From Longimicrobiales bacterium (GTDB taxonomy: Bacteria > Gemmatimonadota > Gemmatimonadetes > Longimicrobiales > Gaopeijiaceae), in contig CBDCNQ010000002.1 of the NCBI GenBank assembly GCA_965219445.1, forward strand, positions 576,001-640,000: a stretch of DNA of 64,000 bases. Direction: 5' to 3'. The first letter of the stretch is position 1, and each line of letters opens with the position of its first letter. Position numbers and translations under genes: made by a program. The notes under the pieces were generated by a model that made no database searches, was not told where the DNA came from, and saw only the letters and a list, made by a program, of their open reading frames with translations. Positions 43,591 to 54,647 of this stretch are shown piece after piece.

Positions 43591-44625
43591 TCAGGCCACA
43601 CCCGTCTCGGCCGAGGTAGCCATCAGCTTCTCGATGTCTTCCTTTCCCGTCGCGACGCGGCTAGCAATCGTGCCGTCCGGATCGACGAGTACCAGTGCCG
43701 GGGTGACGAAGACACCGTAGGCGTCAGCCACACCGTCCTCCTCATCGGAGAGTACGTCCTTCACGCCGAAGACCAACTCTCGGGCCCGCGCGGCCTGCTC
43801 CCACCCACTACCGAGCACGGCGATCCGGAGCGTCTCACGTTGTTCCCGTTGCCACCTCTCGACGTCGGGTGCCAGTGCCATGCACGGCTTGCACCTCGGA
43901 TCCAGAAAGATCAGCAGGACTTTCTTCCCATCGCCGCGGAGGTCGTCGAGGCTGACGGATCCGCCCGCCAGGGAAGGCAGTTGGAAGCCGGGGGCGACCT
44001 CACCGACCGGGAGGTCGCGCGCCTCCTTGATCGGGTTGAAGAGCTCGGGCACCGACGCGCCGGGTCCTTCCAGGGCATCCAGCCGAAGCAGAAGCCGACC
44101 CTGCTGCCGGATCAGGTGAAGGATGAGCCACCCCTGTACCGCCACGACGGCGACCACCCCAATCACAACGGAGAGTGTCACTACGTCCGAGCCGGCGGCC
44201 TGGGCGATGAGCGGGACGATGCTCGGCCCGGGGCCCGCCCAAACGACGAACCCCGCCAGCGCCAGCAACACGCCGTTCCGCATGAGCGTCGGCCACCCGA
44301 TCGGGCGCGTGTCGGTCGAACCGAAGCATCGGCAGGGTGGCCTCCGCCCCAGAAGGAGATTCACCCCGATCACCGCGGTGAACACGAATAGGAGGGTCAA
44401 CGCAGCCAAGGCTCCCCACGACGCCGAGCGGACAGGAAGGAGGACTACGGCCACCGCCAGTTCGGTGAGTGGAAGCAACGCCGCGACGGTGGCGGCGACC
44501 CGTTCCGGGACGCCGAGTTCCAAAGCCGCCTGCCGTGTGCCTTTTGGGTCAACCAGCTTCGCGCCAGCCGCGACGACGAAGACCGCGCTCAGCAGCACTC
44601 TGGCGACCACCAGTAATGGATCCAC
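43591..44625 (-). CDS. MauE/DoxX membrane domain + thioredoxin-fold (redoxin) fusion
   Basis: VFVVAAGAKL.D, CRCFG, TLMRNG (MauE); APGFQLP, CKPC (CxxC), TPALVLVDPDG (redoxin). Confidence 0.85.
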   Translation of the reverse strand: MDPLLVVARVLLSAVFVVAAGAKLVDPKGTRQAALELGVPERVAATVAALLPLTELAVAVVLLPVRSASWGALAALTLLFVFTAVIGVNLLLGRRPPCRCFGSTDTRPIGWPTLMRNGVLLALAGFVVWAGPGPSIVPLIAQAAGSDVVTLSVVIGVVAVVAVQGWLILHLIRQQGRLLLRLDALEGPGASVPELFNPIKEARDLPVGEVAPGFQLPSLAGGSVSLDDLRGDGKKVLLIFLDPRCKPCMALAPDVERWQREQRETLRIAVLGSGWEQAARARELVFGVKDVLSDEEDGVADAYGVFVTPALVLVDPDGTIASRVATGKEDIEKLMATSAETGVA

Positions 44626-44734
44626 CCGACTCTCCTGTGGACGATTGGTTTCCCGTCACATCCGTGAAAACGATGGAGCGCGGGGTCTTGCTTTCGGTTC
44701 GTATCGGGGGGTGATACGGACGTGCTTCGTGCAG

Positions 44735-44808
<74 letters not shown>

Positions 44809-44899
44809 TTGTGATGGACCTCAAGGTAATGCGCCCTCCAACTTCCATCCACGGGACAGGCCGGTCCTTCCCTTCCATCGATCCCTCCCATCGCTCGAG

Positions 44900-45616
44900 T
44901 CAGGCCTCCTCCGCACACTTCGTGAGAGCCGCCACATCCTTGGAGCTCAGCGTCTCCCACTCGCCAGGAGAAAGGTCCCCGAGCTTTACGGGACCGAATC
45001 GCACCCGCTTCAACGTCACGACGGGTAACCCGACCGCGTACATGAGCCTCCGCACCTCTCGCTTCCGTCCCTCGGTCATGACGAGCGTGAGATGTCCGGT
45101 TTCCTCGACCGGGTCGGCGACTTCTAATCGTACCGGACGGGCGAGGCCATCGTCGAGCACGACGCCCTCCCGAAGACGCGCGACATCCTCCTTGGACGGC
45201 AGGCCCTGCACGCTTAGTTCGTATTCGCGCTCCACCTCGTAGCCTGGGTGCTGAAGCCGGTTCGCGACGTCTCCTTCGTTGGTCAGGAGGAGCAGCCCCT
45301 CGGTGTCGAGGTCGAGCCGGCCGACGTAGCGGAGGCTGGAGTGCTCAGGAGGAAGCAGGTCGTAGATGGTGCGCCTTCCGTGGGTGTCCGCCGCGGTGCA
45401 CAGAACGCCCACAGGCTTGTGAAAGCGGATCCAGAGTGCGTCGGGGAGACGGACGGAGGTTCCATCCACTTCGACCTTGTCTCGGGATGGTTCGACCTTG
45501 GTTCCGAGCTCTGTAACCACGGTCCCATTGACCTGGACCCGGCCGTCCAGAACCATCGCCTCGGCCTTCCGCCGGGAGGCCACGCCAGCCCTGGACAGGA
45601 ACTTCTGAATCCGCAT
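44900..45616 (-). CDS. rluB: 23S rRNA pseudouridine synthase (RluB/RsuA family)
   Basis: RIQKFLSRAGVASRRKAE S4 domain, VGRLDLDTEGLLLLTN, EGRKREVRR; follows scpB. Confidence 0.9.
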   Translation of the reverse strand: MRIQKFLSRAGVASRRKAEAMVLDGRVQVNGTVVTELGTKVEPSRDKVEVDGTSVRLPDALWIRFHKPVGVLCTAADTHGRRTIYDLLPPEHSSLRYVGRLDLDTEGLLLLTNEGDVANRLQHPGYEVEREYELSVQGLPSKEDVARLREGVVLDDGLARPVRLEVADPVEETGHLTLVMTEGRKREVRRLMYAVGLPVVTLKRVRFGPVKLGDLSPGEWETLSSKDVAALTKCAEEA

Positions 45617-45631
45617 ACAGCGTTCTCATCC

Positions 45632-46345
45632 TCAGTCGGCGGCCGGGTCCTCCACTCCGTCGACCCGATCTTCGGCTGCGTCGGAAAGCACGTCGTCCAC
45701 ACCCGGCTCCGGCGCGTCCGCGTCGGCCTCCCTCCACTCCGCCTCCTCCCTCGACTCCGCCTCCTCCCTCGACTCCGCCTCCTCCGTCGGCTCCGAGCCC
45801 TCCAAATCTTCGAGCGGCGTCCGCTCCCTCAGGATTACGGGCAATTCCTCCTGGCGCGGGAGATCCTCCAGCAACCGGAACCCGAAGTGCTCCAGGAAGC
45901 GCTGGCTGGTTCCATACAGGAGGGGACGACCAAGGCCCTCGCCCCGGGCTACGACGGTGATGAGCGCACGGTCCTGGAGCGTTCGAATCACGCCCGCCGA
46001 ACTGACACCACGAATGTACTCGATCTCGATGCGCCCGATCGGCTGCCGATACGCAACGATGGCCAGCGTCTCCAAAGCCGGGCCGGAGAGCCGGGAAGGC
46101 TTGGGAATCGTGTCGAACCGTTCCAGGTAGGGTGCAAAGTCCGCCCTAGTGAGAAGTTGATAGCCCTCACCGAGTTCTCGGATCTCGAAGGCCCGCTCGG
46201 ATTCCGAGTACGCGGCGTTGAGCTCCTGGACCGCCTCCTCGATCAGATCTTCGTCGAGCGCCTCGTCGGCACGGGCGATCTCCTCCGCATTCAACGGCGC
46301 GTCGCTCGCGAAAAGCACGGCCTCCACGATCTGGGTCGGATTCAC
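45632..46345 (-). CDS. scpB: SMC-Scp complex subunit ScpB
   Basis: VEAVLFAS, LSGPALETLAIVAYRQP, IEYIRGV, GRPLLYGT..FLEHFG. Confidence 0.95.
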   Translation of the reverse strand: MNPTQIVEAVLFASDAPLNAEEIARADEALDEDLIEEAVQELNAAYSESERAFEIRELGEGYQLLTRADFAPYLERFDTIPKPSRLSGPALETLAIVAYRQPIGRIEIEYIRGVSSAGVIRTLQDRALITVVARGEGLGRPLLYGTSQRFLEHFGFRLLEDLPRQEELPVILRERTPLEDLEGSEPTEEAESREEAESREEAEWREADADAPEPGVDDVLSDAAEDRVDGVEDPAAD

Positions 46346-47151
46346 GGCGCCTCCAACGCGTTATCATTGGCCGCTCCCGGATCTTCCTTCCCCGCTGAGT
46401 CTTCACTCTCCCCGACCCCCGGATACATCCACAACTCCGAGAACATCTCAACCTGCCGTAACTTCACGCGCCGCCTCCGTGTGAGCTCCAGGCCCGCAAG
46501 CAAGGTCATGACGCCATGTAAGCGGCTCTTGAAGGGCCGCACCAGCCGGCTGAACTCGATCCGTCGCACCCGATTGAGCGTGCTGAGGATCAGGTCCATC
46601 TTGTCTTCCATCGCCACCGGACGGGTGGCCACCAGGTGCGTCCGAATTCCAGGATCTGGCGGAGTAACCAGGAGGGCCGCGGCAAATACCTCCTCCCAAG
46701 TCGTCTCCAAGGGCGTCTCTTCCATCGGCGGGCGTGGGCGCGGTTCCAAGAATCCCTTCCCGAATCTGCGAGCTCGCTCGGCCTCCGCAGTGGCCAGCCG
46801 CTGGCTGACATCCCGGATCTGTTCGTATTCGAGGAGGCGGCGGACGAGTTCGGCCCGCGGATCTTCGTCTTCCGTCTCTCCATGCCTAGGCAGGAGCATC
46901 TGAGTCTTGATGTGAACGAGCCCGGCCGCCATCTCGATGAACTCACCGGCATTGTCCAGATCCTTGGCCTCGATCCCTTCGAGGGCGGCCAGAAATTGAC
47001 GTGTGATCCGGGCGATCGGGATCTCGAAGACATCGATGTCCTGCTGGCGGATGAGGTGCAGTAGAAGGTCGAGCGGCCCCTGGAAGCGCTCAATGTCGAT
47101 GACAAGAAAGTCCTCCCGCTCGAGGGGACTCTCGATGACGGCTAAATCCAC
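46342..47151 (-). CDS. scpA: Segregation/condensation protein A
   Basis: FQGPLDLLLHLIR...IDVFEIPIARIT, AGEFIEMAA, EDPRAELVRRLLEY; start approximate (GTG). Confidence 0.93.
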   Translation of the reverse strand: MDLAVIESPLEREDFLVIDIERFQGPLDLLLHLIRQQDIDVFEIPIARITRQFLAALEGIEAKDLDNAGEFIEMAAGLVHIKTQMLLPRHGETEDEDPRAELVRRLLEYEQIRDVSQRLATAEAERARRFGKGFLEPRPRPPMEETPLETTWEEVFAAALLVTPPDPGIRTHLVATRPVAMEDKMDLILSTLNRVRRIEFSRLVRPFKSRLHGVMTLLAGLELTRRRRVKLRQVEMFSELWMYPGVGESEDSAGKEDPGAANDNALEAP

Positions 47152-47795
47152 AGTTCTATGAAGGTGTCGGCCAGGCCGAAGAGAGCGAAGACCGGCCACA
47201 GGATGATATTGAAGAAGGGGGGATAGAGAGAGGCGAGCACAATCAAGACCAGAATCCCGTAGCGGCCCGCTTGTTGGTAGGCGGCGCGCCATCCTCGAGG
47301 CAGGAAGTGGTACAACACATGGGAGCCGTCGAGTGGTGGAATCGGGACAAGATTGAAGAAGGCGAGGATCAGGTTGATGAATACGCCGAACCGCGCGGTG
47401 CGAATCAGGAAACCGAACGTCGATTCCCCCGCAGGCAAGGCGCCCTGAAGCTTGATGAAGACCACGACCATGAGCGTGAAGACTACCGCCAGAATCAGAT
47501 TCGACACGATTCCGGCAAGAGAAACACGGATGTCTCCACCCCGGAAATCCCTGAATTTCCGGGGATCGATGGGGACCGGTTTGGCCCACCCGAAAATCAA
47601 GCCACCCGGCAGCAGGTACAGGACCACCGGAACGATGAACGACCCTAACGGGTCCAGATGCGAGACAGGGTTGAGCGTGATGCGCCCTAGGGATTGGGCG
47701 GTGTCGTCACCCTCCTTGAGGGCCACCCACGCGTGCGCGACCTCATGAACAACGATCGAGAAAATGAGTACCGGGAGAACCGACAGAAGCAGCAT
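47142..47795 (-). CDS. Site-2 protease family (M50) membrane metalloprotease
   Basis: HEVAH, GRITLNP..HLDPLG, FGWAKPVP, FNLVPIPPLDG. Confidence 0.92.
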   Translation of the reverse strand: MLLLSVLPVLIFSIVVHEVAHAWVALKEGDDTAQSLGRITLNPVSHLDPLGSFIVPVVLYLLPGGLIFGWAKPVPIDPRKFRDFRGGDIRVSLAGIVSNLILAVVFTLMVVVFIKLQGALPAGESTFGFLIRTARFGVFINLILAFFNLVPIPPLDGSHVLYHFLPRGWRAAYQQAGRYGILVLIVLASLYPPFFNIILWPVFALFGLADTFIELWI

Positions 47796-47981
47796 GGCGG
47801 GAAGGTATCCGTGGCAGTGGGCAGCGGCTAGTGCGCCCCACCGGAGCCTCCATCCGGGATGGGCGGTCTCGTCCCTCCCTTATCCGCACGGTTCTTGATG
47901 GGGTCTTTCGTTTCGTCTATACTTTCCGCTAAACGCTGAACCCAGTCGTGGTCTAGAAGCCAGAGGGTCGAAAGAGCAGAG

Positions 47982-48236
47982 TTGCCGAATATCAAGAGTG
48001 CGAAAAAGCGCGTCAGGTTGAGCCGTGACGCCAACGCACGTAACCGCGCCGTGAGGTCCAGGCTCCGGACGGCCCTGAAGCGCGTCGAAAACGCCGAGAA
48101 CGCGAAGACGGCCGAAGTCGAGTACCGAAAGGTACAGGTCCTTCTCGACCGGGCGGCCACAGGCAGACTCCTCCATCCCAATACTGTGGCTCGGATGAAG
48201 AGCAATCTGGCCCGCAGGGTCGGCGTGATGAGCTGA
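47982..48236 (+). CDS. rpsT: 30S ribosomal protein S20
   Basis: PNIKSAKKRVR...NR..RSRLRTALK...LDRAA..LLHPN..AR.KS; TTG start. Confidence 0.95.
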   Translation: MPNIKSAKKRVRLSRDANARNRAVRSRLRTALKRVENAENAKTAEVEYRKVQVLLDRAATGRLLHPNTVARMKSNLARRVGVMS

Positions 48237-48239
48237 GAG

Positions 48240-49523
48240 TTATACCTCCCAGACGACCACACCCCCGACGATCGTATAGCGAGCTCGCCCCTTGAGCTCC
48301 CAGCCGTGGAACGGCGTGTTTCGGCTCTTGGACAGGAATGCGCCCCGGTCTACCGTCCAAGCTTCTTCCGGATCGATGATCGTGACGTCACCGGGCGAGC
48401 CGGCGGCCAACGTTCCCCCGGGCAAACCGAACGCCTGAGCCGGACCGACACTCATCCGGTGGATGAGCGTCGAAAGGTCGACGAGTCCCTCCTCCACCAC
48501 ATGCGTAAGCCCGAGCCCCAACGCAGTCTCCAACCCGATGATTCCGTTGGGTGCGTCCGCGAAGGCCTGCTCCTTTTCATCGTAATGGTGGGGAGCGTGG
48601 TCCGTCGCGAATACATCCAGAGTCCCATCGGCCAACCCCTCGCGGACCGCTTCCCGATCTTCCACTGAGCGAAGCGGCGGGTTCATCTTAGCGTCTGTGT
48701 CGAAGCCCTCGACACGCTCGTCGGTGAGGATGAGGTGGTGGGGGGTGGCCTCGGCCGTGACGCGCACACCCCGCGCCTTCGCCTGCCGGATGGCCTCCAC
48801 TCCGTAAGCCGTGGAGACGTGCTGGAGGTGGATGTGCCCCCCGGTGAGCTCCGCAAGAAACAGATCTCGAACGATATGGACGTCTTCCGAAGCGTTGGGC
48901 TTTCCGTGGAGACCGAGCTTGGTGGCGACAAGCCCCTCGTTCATGACCCCAGCACCCGACAGCCCGAGATCTTCTGGGTGATCCGCAACCGGAATGTCGA
49001 ACGCCTGGGCGTACTCCAACGCCTTGCGCATGAGCCCGGAGTCCATGACGGGGTTCCCGTCGTCGGTGATGCCCACCGCCCCCGCCTCGAACATCTCGCC
49101 GATGGCCGCGAGCTGTTTGCCCTCCTGCCCCACGGAGATGGCGCCCATCGGGTAGACCCGCGCTGCCCCTGCCGCCACACCCTGGGCGAGAACGAAGCCC
49201 ACGCCCGCCGGGTCGTCCACGACAGGGTCCGTGTTCGGCATTGCGCACACCGCCGTGAATCCGCCGGCCGCCGCTGCCATCGCACCGGTGGCGATCGTTT
49301 CCTTGTGCTCGCCCCCGGGCTCACGGAGATGGACGTGGACGTCGATCAGGCCCGGTGTCACAGCGAGTCCCCCCGCGTCGATTTCACGAGCGCCCTCGGG
49401 CGGATCGATCCCCTCGCCGACCTCGCCGACGACTCCATCCGCGATTAGGACGTCCCGAATGGAGTCGATCGATTGGCTGGGGTCGATGAGCCGTCCGCCA
49501 CGGATCAACAGCGGTTCGCTCAA
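48240..49523 (-). CDS. pyrC: Dihydroorotase
   Basis: [35 protein letters not shown] start overlapping the pyrB stop. Confidence 0.94.
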   Translation of the reverse strand: MSEPLLIRGGRLIDPSQSIDSIRDVLIADGVVGEVGEGIDPPEGAREIDAGGLAVTPGLIDVHVHLREPGGEHKETIATGAMAAAAGGFTAVCAMPNTDPVVDDPAGVGFVLAQGVAAGAARVYPMGAISVGQEGKQLAAIGEMFEAGAVGITDDGNPVMDSGLMRKALEYAQAFDIPVADHPEDLGLSGAGVMNEGLVATKLGLHGKPNASEDVHIVRDLFLAELTGGHIHLQHVSTAYGVEAIRQAKARGVRVTAEATPHHLILTDERVEGFDTDAKMNPPLRSVEDREAVREGLADGTLDVFATDHAPHHYDEKEQAFADAPNGIIGLETALGLGLTHVVEEGLVDLSTLIHRMSVGPAQAFGLPGGTLAAGSPGDVTIIDPEEAWTVDRGAFLSKSRNTPFHGWELKGRARYTIVGGVVVWEV

Positions 49524-50491
49524 ACCTCTGCTCCCCCCTTGGCCGCCTCGGCCGTGTCTGGCGCACCGCCCGCGAGCAGATAGAGAACCGCCATCCGAAC
49601 CGCTACACCGTTCGTCACTTGCTGCAGAATCAGGGCGTGAGGCCCGTCGGCCACGTCGCTGTCGATTTCGACCCCGCGGTTCATGGGCCCGGGATGGAGG
49701 ACCAGCAAGTCCTTTGGCGCCTGTTCGAGCTTGGTCCGGGAGACGCCCCAGACCTGATTGTACTCTCGCAAGCTGGGGAGGAAGCCTGCTTCCATCCGCT
49801 CCAACTGCAGACGGAGAACGTTGAGGACGTCGGCCCACTGGATCGCCTCTTCGATCCGCGAAAAGACGGTGACTCCGAGCTCGGCGATCCCTAACGGGAG
49901 CAGTGTCTTCGGTCCGCACACTGCTACCTCGGCGCCGAGGGCGAGGAGTCCATAGATATTCGAGCGAGCCACTCGGGAGTGGAGGATGTCACCCATCAGG
50001 CAGACCTTGAGTCCTTTGATTTTCCCGTAGTGGTCGCGGATGGTGAGAATGTCGAGGAGCGCCTGGGTCGGGTGCTCGTGGCTGCCATCCCCTGCGTTGA
50101 TCACGTTCGAGGGAATACGCTCGGCCAGAAACTTCGCGGCCCCCGAAGAGCCATGCCGGATGACGACCATGTCGATGCGCATCGCCTCGAGGTTTCGGGC
50201 CGTATCGACCAACGTCTCACCCTTCACCACCGAAGATCCACTCGACGTGATATTCACCGTGTCCGCGCTTAACCTCTTCTCGGCGAATTCGAACGACACC
50301 CGGGTGCGTGTGGAGGCCTCGAAGAAGAGGTTCACGATGGTTTTTCCCCGGAGGACGGGCACCTTCTTGATTCGGCGCTCCGAGATTTCCTTGAAGGGCT
50401 CCGCCGTGTCCAGAATGTTGAGAATCTGTTCGGCCGAAAGCGACTCGAGTCCCACGAGATCCTTGCCGAGAGGCGAATTCGGCTCGTTCAA
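49520..50491 (-). CDS. pyrB: Aspartate carbamoyltransferase catalytic subunit
   Basis: [30 protein letters not shown]. Confidence 0.96.
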   Translation of the reverse strand: MNEPNSPLGKDLVGLESLSAEQILNILDTAEPFKEISERRIKKVPVLRGKTIVNLFFEASTRTRVSFEFAEKRLSADTVNITSSGSSVVKGETLVDTARNLEAMRIDMVVIRHGSSGAAKFLAERIPSNVINAGDGSHEHPTQALLDILTIRDHYGKIKGLKVCLMGDILHSRVARSNIYGLLALGAEVAVCGPKTLLPLGIAELGVTVFSRIEEAIQWADVLNVLRLQLERMEAGFLPSLREYNQVWGVSRTKLEQAPKDLLVLHPGPMNRGVEIDSDVADGPHALILQQVTNGVAVRMAVLYLLAGGAPDTAEAAKGGAEV

Positions 50492-51024
50492 GCCTCCGCC
50501 TCCGATGAAACGGGCACGATGTCAACGCCCCAACGGCCATCGAGGTCCGGGACGGACACCTCCACGGACTGCTCGGGCAAAACCGTGATGACCTTTCCCG
50601 CGACGTTCGGTTGGATCGGAATCTCTCGGCCTCCACGATCGACCAGTACGCAGAGTGAAACCCGCGCCGGCCGACCCCAGTCCGTGAGTTCGTTGAGGGC
50701 TGCCCGGACGGTTCGGCCCGTGAAGAGTACGTCGTCGACGATCACCACCGCCCGCTCGTCCACACCCCCCTCGGGCAGGACCGTCGCACCGATCACAGGG
50801 CGTGGCCCAATAGCCATGAGATCGTCTCGATACAGCGTGATATCCAGGGATCCGATCGGTACGATGACGTCTTCGGCGCGTTCGATCTCGGATCGGAGCA
50901 GGTCGGCGATCTGGACGCCGCGTCGCTGGATACCCAGGAGGGTCAAATTGCCGGGTCCTGCGTTTTGCTCCACGAGCTCACGAGCCATCCGCGCGACGGC
51001 GCGACGCACCGCCTGTTCGTCCAT
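50488..51024 (-). CDS. pyrR: Pyrimidine operon regulator / uracil phosphoribosyltransferase
   Basis: [38 protein letters not shown]. Confidence 0.95.
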   Translation of the reverse strand: MDEQAVRRAVARMARELVEQNAGPGNLTLLGIQRRGVQIADLLRSEIERAEDVIVPIGSLDITLYRDDLMAIGPRPVIGATVLPEGGVDERAVVIVDDVLFTGRTVRAALNELTDWGRPARVSLCVLVDRGGREIPIQPNVAGKVITVLPEQSVEVSVPDLDGRWGVDIVPVSSEAEA

Positions 51025-51190
51025 GATCGAGACGTGCAGAGAGGAGCTCCTAGCCTAGGCCCGATTCCGTCGTGCAACACCCCCGACCAATCCCCAAAAG
51101 ACACCGGCGGGTGGGTGCAGCCCACTCAACGAAGGCGCCGGAAGGTAGACAAGGCTACAACGCTTTACAAGGACATCCCGCCCCGACATC

Positions 51191-53257
51191 ATGAACGCCG
51201 CCAGAAGGCTGCTCCGGACAGCATCGCTCTCCATACTGAAAGGTTCCTCTATGCTTCAAGGCCCCAAGCACGGCCGTCTCTGCGCGGTGGTGATCCGCTG
51301 CAAGTGCATGCAGATGGCCGTCTTGGGGCTTCTGATCGGGATCTCGGGCCTTCGCCCCTCTCCAGCGTCGGCTCAGGGGAGCCCCGAGGCTCCCCAGGTA
51401 ATCGGCGCCCCCAGGGTGATCTTGGGAGGTGTCCCTTTCTCGCTCGATCTTCAGGGAAGTGCGGTCGCCGCGGTCGCCTACGACGTGCGGGACGCCCAGG
51501 GGATGGTCCTGGGGTCGGGCTCCGTGGGAGTCGGCGGAACGGCCACCGTGAGCGACCTGGTCGTGTCTGGCCGCAACCGCCTGCCGCTCACGATCCGACT
51601 CGGACAGGTGAGTGAAGAGTTGTCCCGTCCTTACGCACCGGGCTGGTTCTCCCTCGCTCCCCCTGTTGTTGCCATCCTGCTCGCGTTGGTCTTCAAAGAG
51701 GTGATCACGGCGCTGATGGCTGGCGTCTGGCTCGGTGCGCTCGCGGTGGCCGGATATAACCCGCTCTCCGCCCTGTGGCGCACGATCGACCTCTACGCCG
51801 TTCCGGCGCTCGGTGACGTGGAGGGAGGACATACGCAGATTGTCGTGTTTTCCTTGTTGTTGGGCGGCCTCGTGGGGATCGTCTCCAGAAACGGCGGCAC
51901 ACAAGGGATCGTTGACGCCGTGAGCCCCTTCGCGAGCACGAGCCGGCGCGGCAAGATCGCCACGTGGGCCGCCGGCCTTGCCATTTTTTTCGACGACTAC
52001 GCCAACACGTTGATCGTCGGGAACACGATGCGGCCGATCACGGACCGCCTCAAGATTTCGCGCGAGAAGCTCGCGTACATCGTCGACTCGACCGCCGCTC
52101 CCGTGGCCGCTCTGGTCCCGATCTCGACGTGGGTTGGATACGAGATCTCGTTGATCGCGGACGGCATGGCTATCGCGGCCCAGCAAACCGGCACCGATCC
52201 GGCGCTCGTCGCAACGCTGACGTCGGTCAGCCCGTTCGCCGTATTCATCAGCACGATCCCGTATCGATTCTATGCGCTTCTGGCCCTCGCGTTCGTGTTC
52301 CTCACGTCCGTGATGGACCGGGACTTCGGAGCGATGGCGAGGGCCGAGCGGCGCGCGGCGTCCGGCGGGGGTGTTTATCGCGCAGGAGCGCAGCTCTCGA
52401 TGGACACGACGGATCCCCATGTGACACCCCCGGAGGGAGTGACACCTCGGTGGTACAATGCGGCGGTTCCGATCATCACGGTCATCCTGGTCGTCCTCGG
52501 GGGCCTCTACACGTCTGGACGCGCGTCCGCAGGCGCGGACGCATCGCTGATGGACGTTTTCGGCGCGGCCGACCCCTTTGCGACGCTTCTTTGGGGATCC
52601 ATGGCGGGATGCATCGTGGGAATCGGGCTTTCGGTGATCCAACGGATCTTGAGCGTCCAGGAGTCGCTGAACGCTTTGGTGGCCGGGATGAAGTCAATGT
52701 TCCTGGCGATGATCATCCTGACGCTGGCCTGGTCGCTCGGCCAGGTGACAGAGGATCTGGGTACGGCTCAGTACCTCGCACAGATCCTGAGCGACGCGGT
52801 GCCACTCGAAGCCATCCCCGTACTCGTGTTCCTGACTTCAGCCGCGATGGCCTTCGCGACCGGTACGTCCTGGGCGACCATGGCCATCGTGATCCCCCTG
52901 GTGATCCCCCTCACAGTGACCCTGGGCGGTGCGGAGGGTTTCGGAGCCGGCGGAGAGTACTCGATCCTGTTGGGAGCCATCAGCTCGGCCCTCGCGGGGG
53001 CCATTTTCGGAGACCACTGTTCGCCGATCTCGGACACGACCGTACTCAGTTCGACTGCGGCGGCATGCGATCATGTCGACCACGTGAGGACCCAGCTGCC
53101 CTATGCCGTAGTGGTGGCGCTCCTCGCGATGGTCGTGGGCGACGTCGGCACCGCCTTGGGATTGTCGGTCTGGGTCGCTCTCGTCGCCTCGATCGCGATA
53201 CTCGCGGGCGGGTTGAAGTTGTTCGGTACTTCACTGCGGGGGGAATCGGGAGCGTAG
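51191..53257 (+). CDS. Na+/H+ antiporter NhaC-family membrane protein (true start probably downstream, ~51308)
   Basis: IFFDDYAN, SREKLAYIVDSTAAP, FATGTSW, FGDHCSPISDTT, DHVRTQLPY. Confidence 0.9.
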   Translation: MNAARRLLRTASLSILKGSSMLQGPKHGRLCAVVIRCKCMQMAVLGLLIGISGLRPSPASAQGSPEAPQVIGAPRVILGGVPFSLDLQGSAVAAVAYDVRDAQGMVLGSGSVGVGGTATVSDLVVSGRNRLPLTIRLGQVSEELSRPYAPGWFSLAPPVVAILLALVFKEVITALMAGVWLGALAVAGYNPLSALWRTIDLYAVPALGDVEGGHTQIVVFSLLLGGLVGIVSRNGGTQGIVDAVSPFASTSRRGKIATWAAGLAIFFDDYANTLIVGNTMRPITDRLKISREKLAYIVDSTAAPVAALVPISTWVGYEISLIADGMAIAAQQTGTDPALVATLTSVSPFAVFISTIPYRFYALLALAFVFLTSVMDRDFGAMARAERRAASGGGVYRAGAQLSMDTTDPHVTPPEGVTPRWYNAAVPIITVILVVLGGLYTSGRASAGADASLMDVFGAADPFATLLWGSMAGCIVGIGLSVIQRILSVQESLNALVAGMKSMFLAMIILTLAWSLGQVTEDLGTAQYLAQILSDAVPLEAIPVLVFLTSAAMAFATGTSWATMAIVIPLVIPLTVTLGGAEGFGAGGEYSILLGAISSALAGAIFGDHCSPISDTTVLSSTAAACDHVDHVRTQLPYAVVVALLAMVVGDVGTALGLSVWVALVASIAILAGGLKLFGTSLRGESGA

Positions 53258-53279
53258 CCCTCGTAACGCTTTCGGCCCG

Positions 53280-54647
53280 TCAGCGAATCAGAGTCAGAGT
53301 CTCAACCCCCCGGCCCACCCGTTCGAGGAACGGCCGGCCTCCCGAGGCCGCTCCGTTCGCCACCGACCAATCGTAGGAGAAGAGTAGGAAGCCCCTCACC
53401 CCGATGCGATGAGTGATGTCGATCTTGCTGAGGACCCCATCATACGTCGTCAGATAGGCCCCCACACCGGCCCAGACCCGTTCGGGTCCACCGACTTCCG
53501 CCGCACGGGAGATGGCTCGGTCGAATAAGTCGTCATCCGGGTTGTATGCCATTGGCGCCACCACGTCGATAATTCCCCGTCGGAGCCACCCCTCCCAATC
53601 CTGGTACCGGTGCAGGAAAGACTCTCGGGCATCGGGAAAGACAGCGGCCGAAACGAGTACCTCCGGGCGCCTACGCTTCACGCCCACATAGATTCTCTCG
53701 ACCAACTCCGTAATCTGACTTCTCCGGAACTCGGCCCACGGCTCGGGGAACGCCTCCACGAGTGCCAGCGGATTCTGCTGGGAGGCCACGGCGAGTTCGG
53801 GTCGCTGACCGTCCGTGATACGTCCGTCCATCCAAATCTCGAATCGGTCGAGCGCCCCCCGTGAGTAGTCGAAGGCTCCACTCGGATAGCGAACATAGTC
53901 GAGGTGGATCCCGTCGAGATCGTAACGCTCCACGAGGTCGGTCGTGACCGCGTACACACGCTCCTTCACCTCGGGGGCCGACGGGCTCGAATACAACCCC
54001 TCGACGTCGGAGTTGGCCAATGCGTGCGAAATCAGGCGCTCGAAGTATCGGGAAGACGCTGGATCCACGTCATACAGCTCAATGGCGAGCTCTCGTGGAA
54101 CAGCAAGGAGCCCGGGACGCTCATTCATCAGATGCCTGGGGTCCCGGGAAATGACGGATGCGCTGGAAATCAGGTGTACGTTCACCCAGGCGTGAACTTC
54201 GATGCCCCGTGCGTGTGCCTCCCGGACGGCCAAGGCAAGCGGATCGAAGGCCGGTGGGCCCTGGATCCCTTCGGCTCTGGGCTCGATCCCCCCCAAGTAG
54301 TAGGCGTCCCCCCTGCCCCGAACCTGAACCAATAAAGTATTGAAGCCGGCTTCCGCCGCCCTGGCCACCATGGCCCGCACGGAATCGGGATGGGTCAGTG
54401 TGGAGCGGACCACCCAGAGTCCTCGGGTCTCCGAGACCCGGGGGTACGATGAGTTCGCCGCAGGGCCACCAGTTTGATCGACCGGCACGGCGACGGCGGT
54501 CACGGCAATGTGTGGGCTTGGGACTCCCAAGGTTTGACAGGCCGCCACGAGAAGACCGCTCGCAACGAGAAGACTGCCCACAACGCGGAACAGCCTGTCG
54601 AAGACGCCACCCTGCCTCTTCGGTTCTCGATTCAGATCACGGTCCAC
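53280..54647 (-). CDS. GHL10 (DUF187/YddW-like) glycoside hydrolase lipoprotein
   Basis: ETRGLWV, QVRGRGDAYY, FDPL....AH.RGIEVHAW, DGIHLDYVRYP, PMAY; LVAAC lipobox. Start moved downstream to avoid a long overlap with tadA. Confidence 0.85.
   Translation of the reverse strand: MDRDLNREPKRQGGVFDRLFRVVGSLLVASGLLVAACQTLGVPSPHIAVTAVAVPVDQTGGPAANSSYPRVSETRGLWVVRSTLTHPDSVRAMVARAAEAGFNTLLVQVRGRGDAYYLGGIEPRAEGIQGPPAFDPLALAVREAHARGIEVHAWVNVHLISSASVISRDPRHLMNERPGLLAVPRELAIELYDVDPASSRYFERLISHALANSDVEGLYSSPSAPEVKERVYAVTTDLVERYDLDGIHLDYVRYPSGAFDYSRGALDRFEIWMDGRITDGQRPELAVASQQNPLALVEAFPEPWAEFRRSQITELVERIYVGVKRRRPEVLVSAAVFPDARESFLHRYQDWEGWLRRGIIDVVAPMAYNPDDDLFDRAISRAAEVGGPERVWAGVGAYLTTYDGVLSKIDITHRIGVRGFLLFSYDWSVANGAASGGRPFLERVGRGVETLTLIR

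Noticed and set aside
45730..45786. 18-bp tandem repeat (EEAESR x3)
   Set aside because: In-frame repeat in the acidic disordered tail of ScpB; ordinary.
51030..51190. PyrR-binding attenuator upstream of pyrR
   Set aside because: No recognisable PyrR binding-loop consensus or U-tailed terminator seen.
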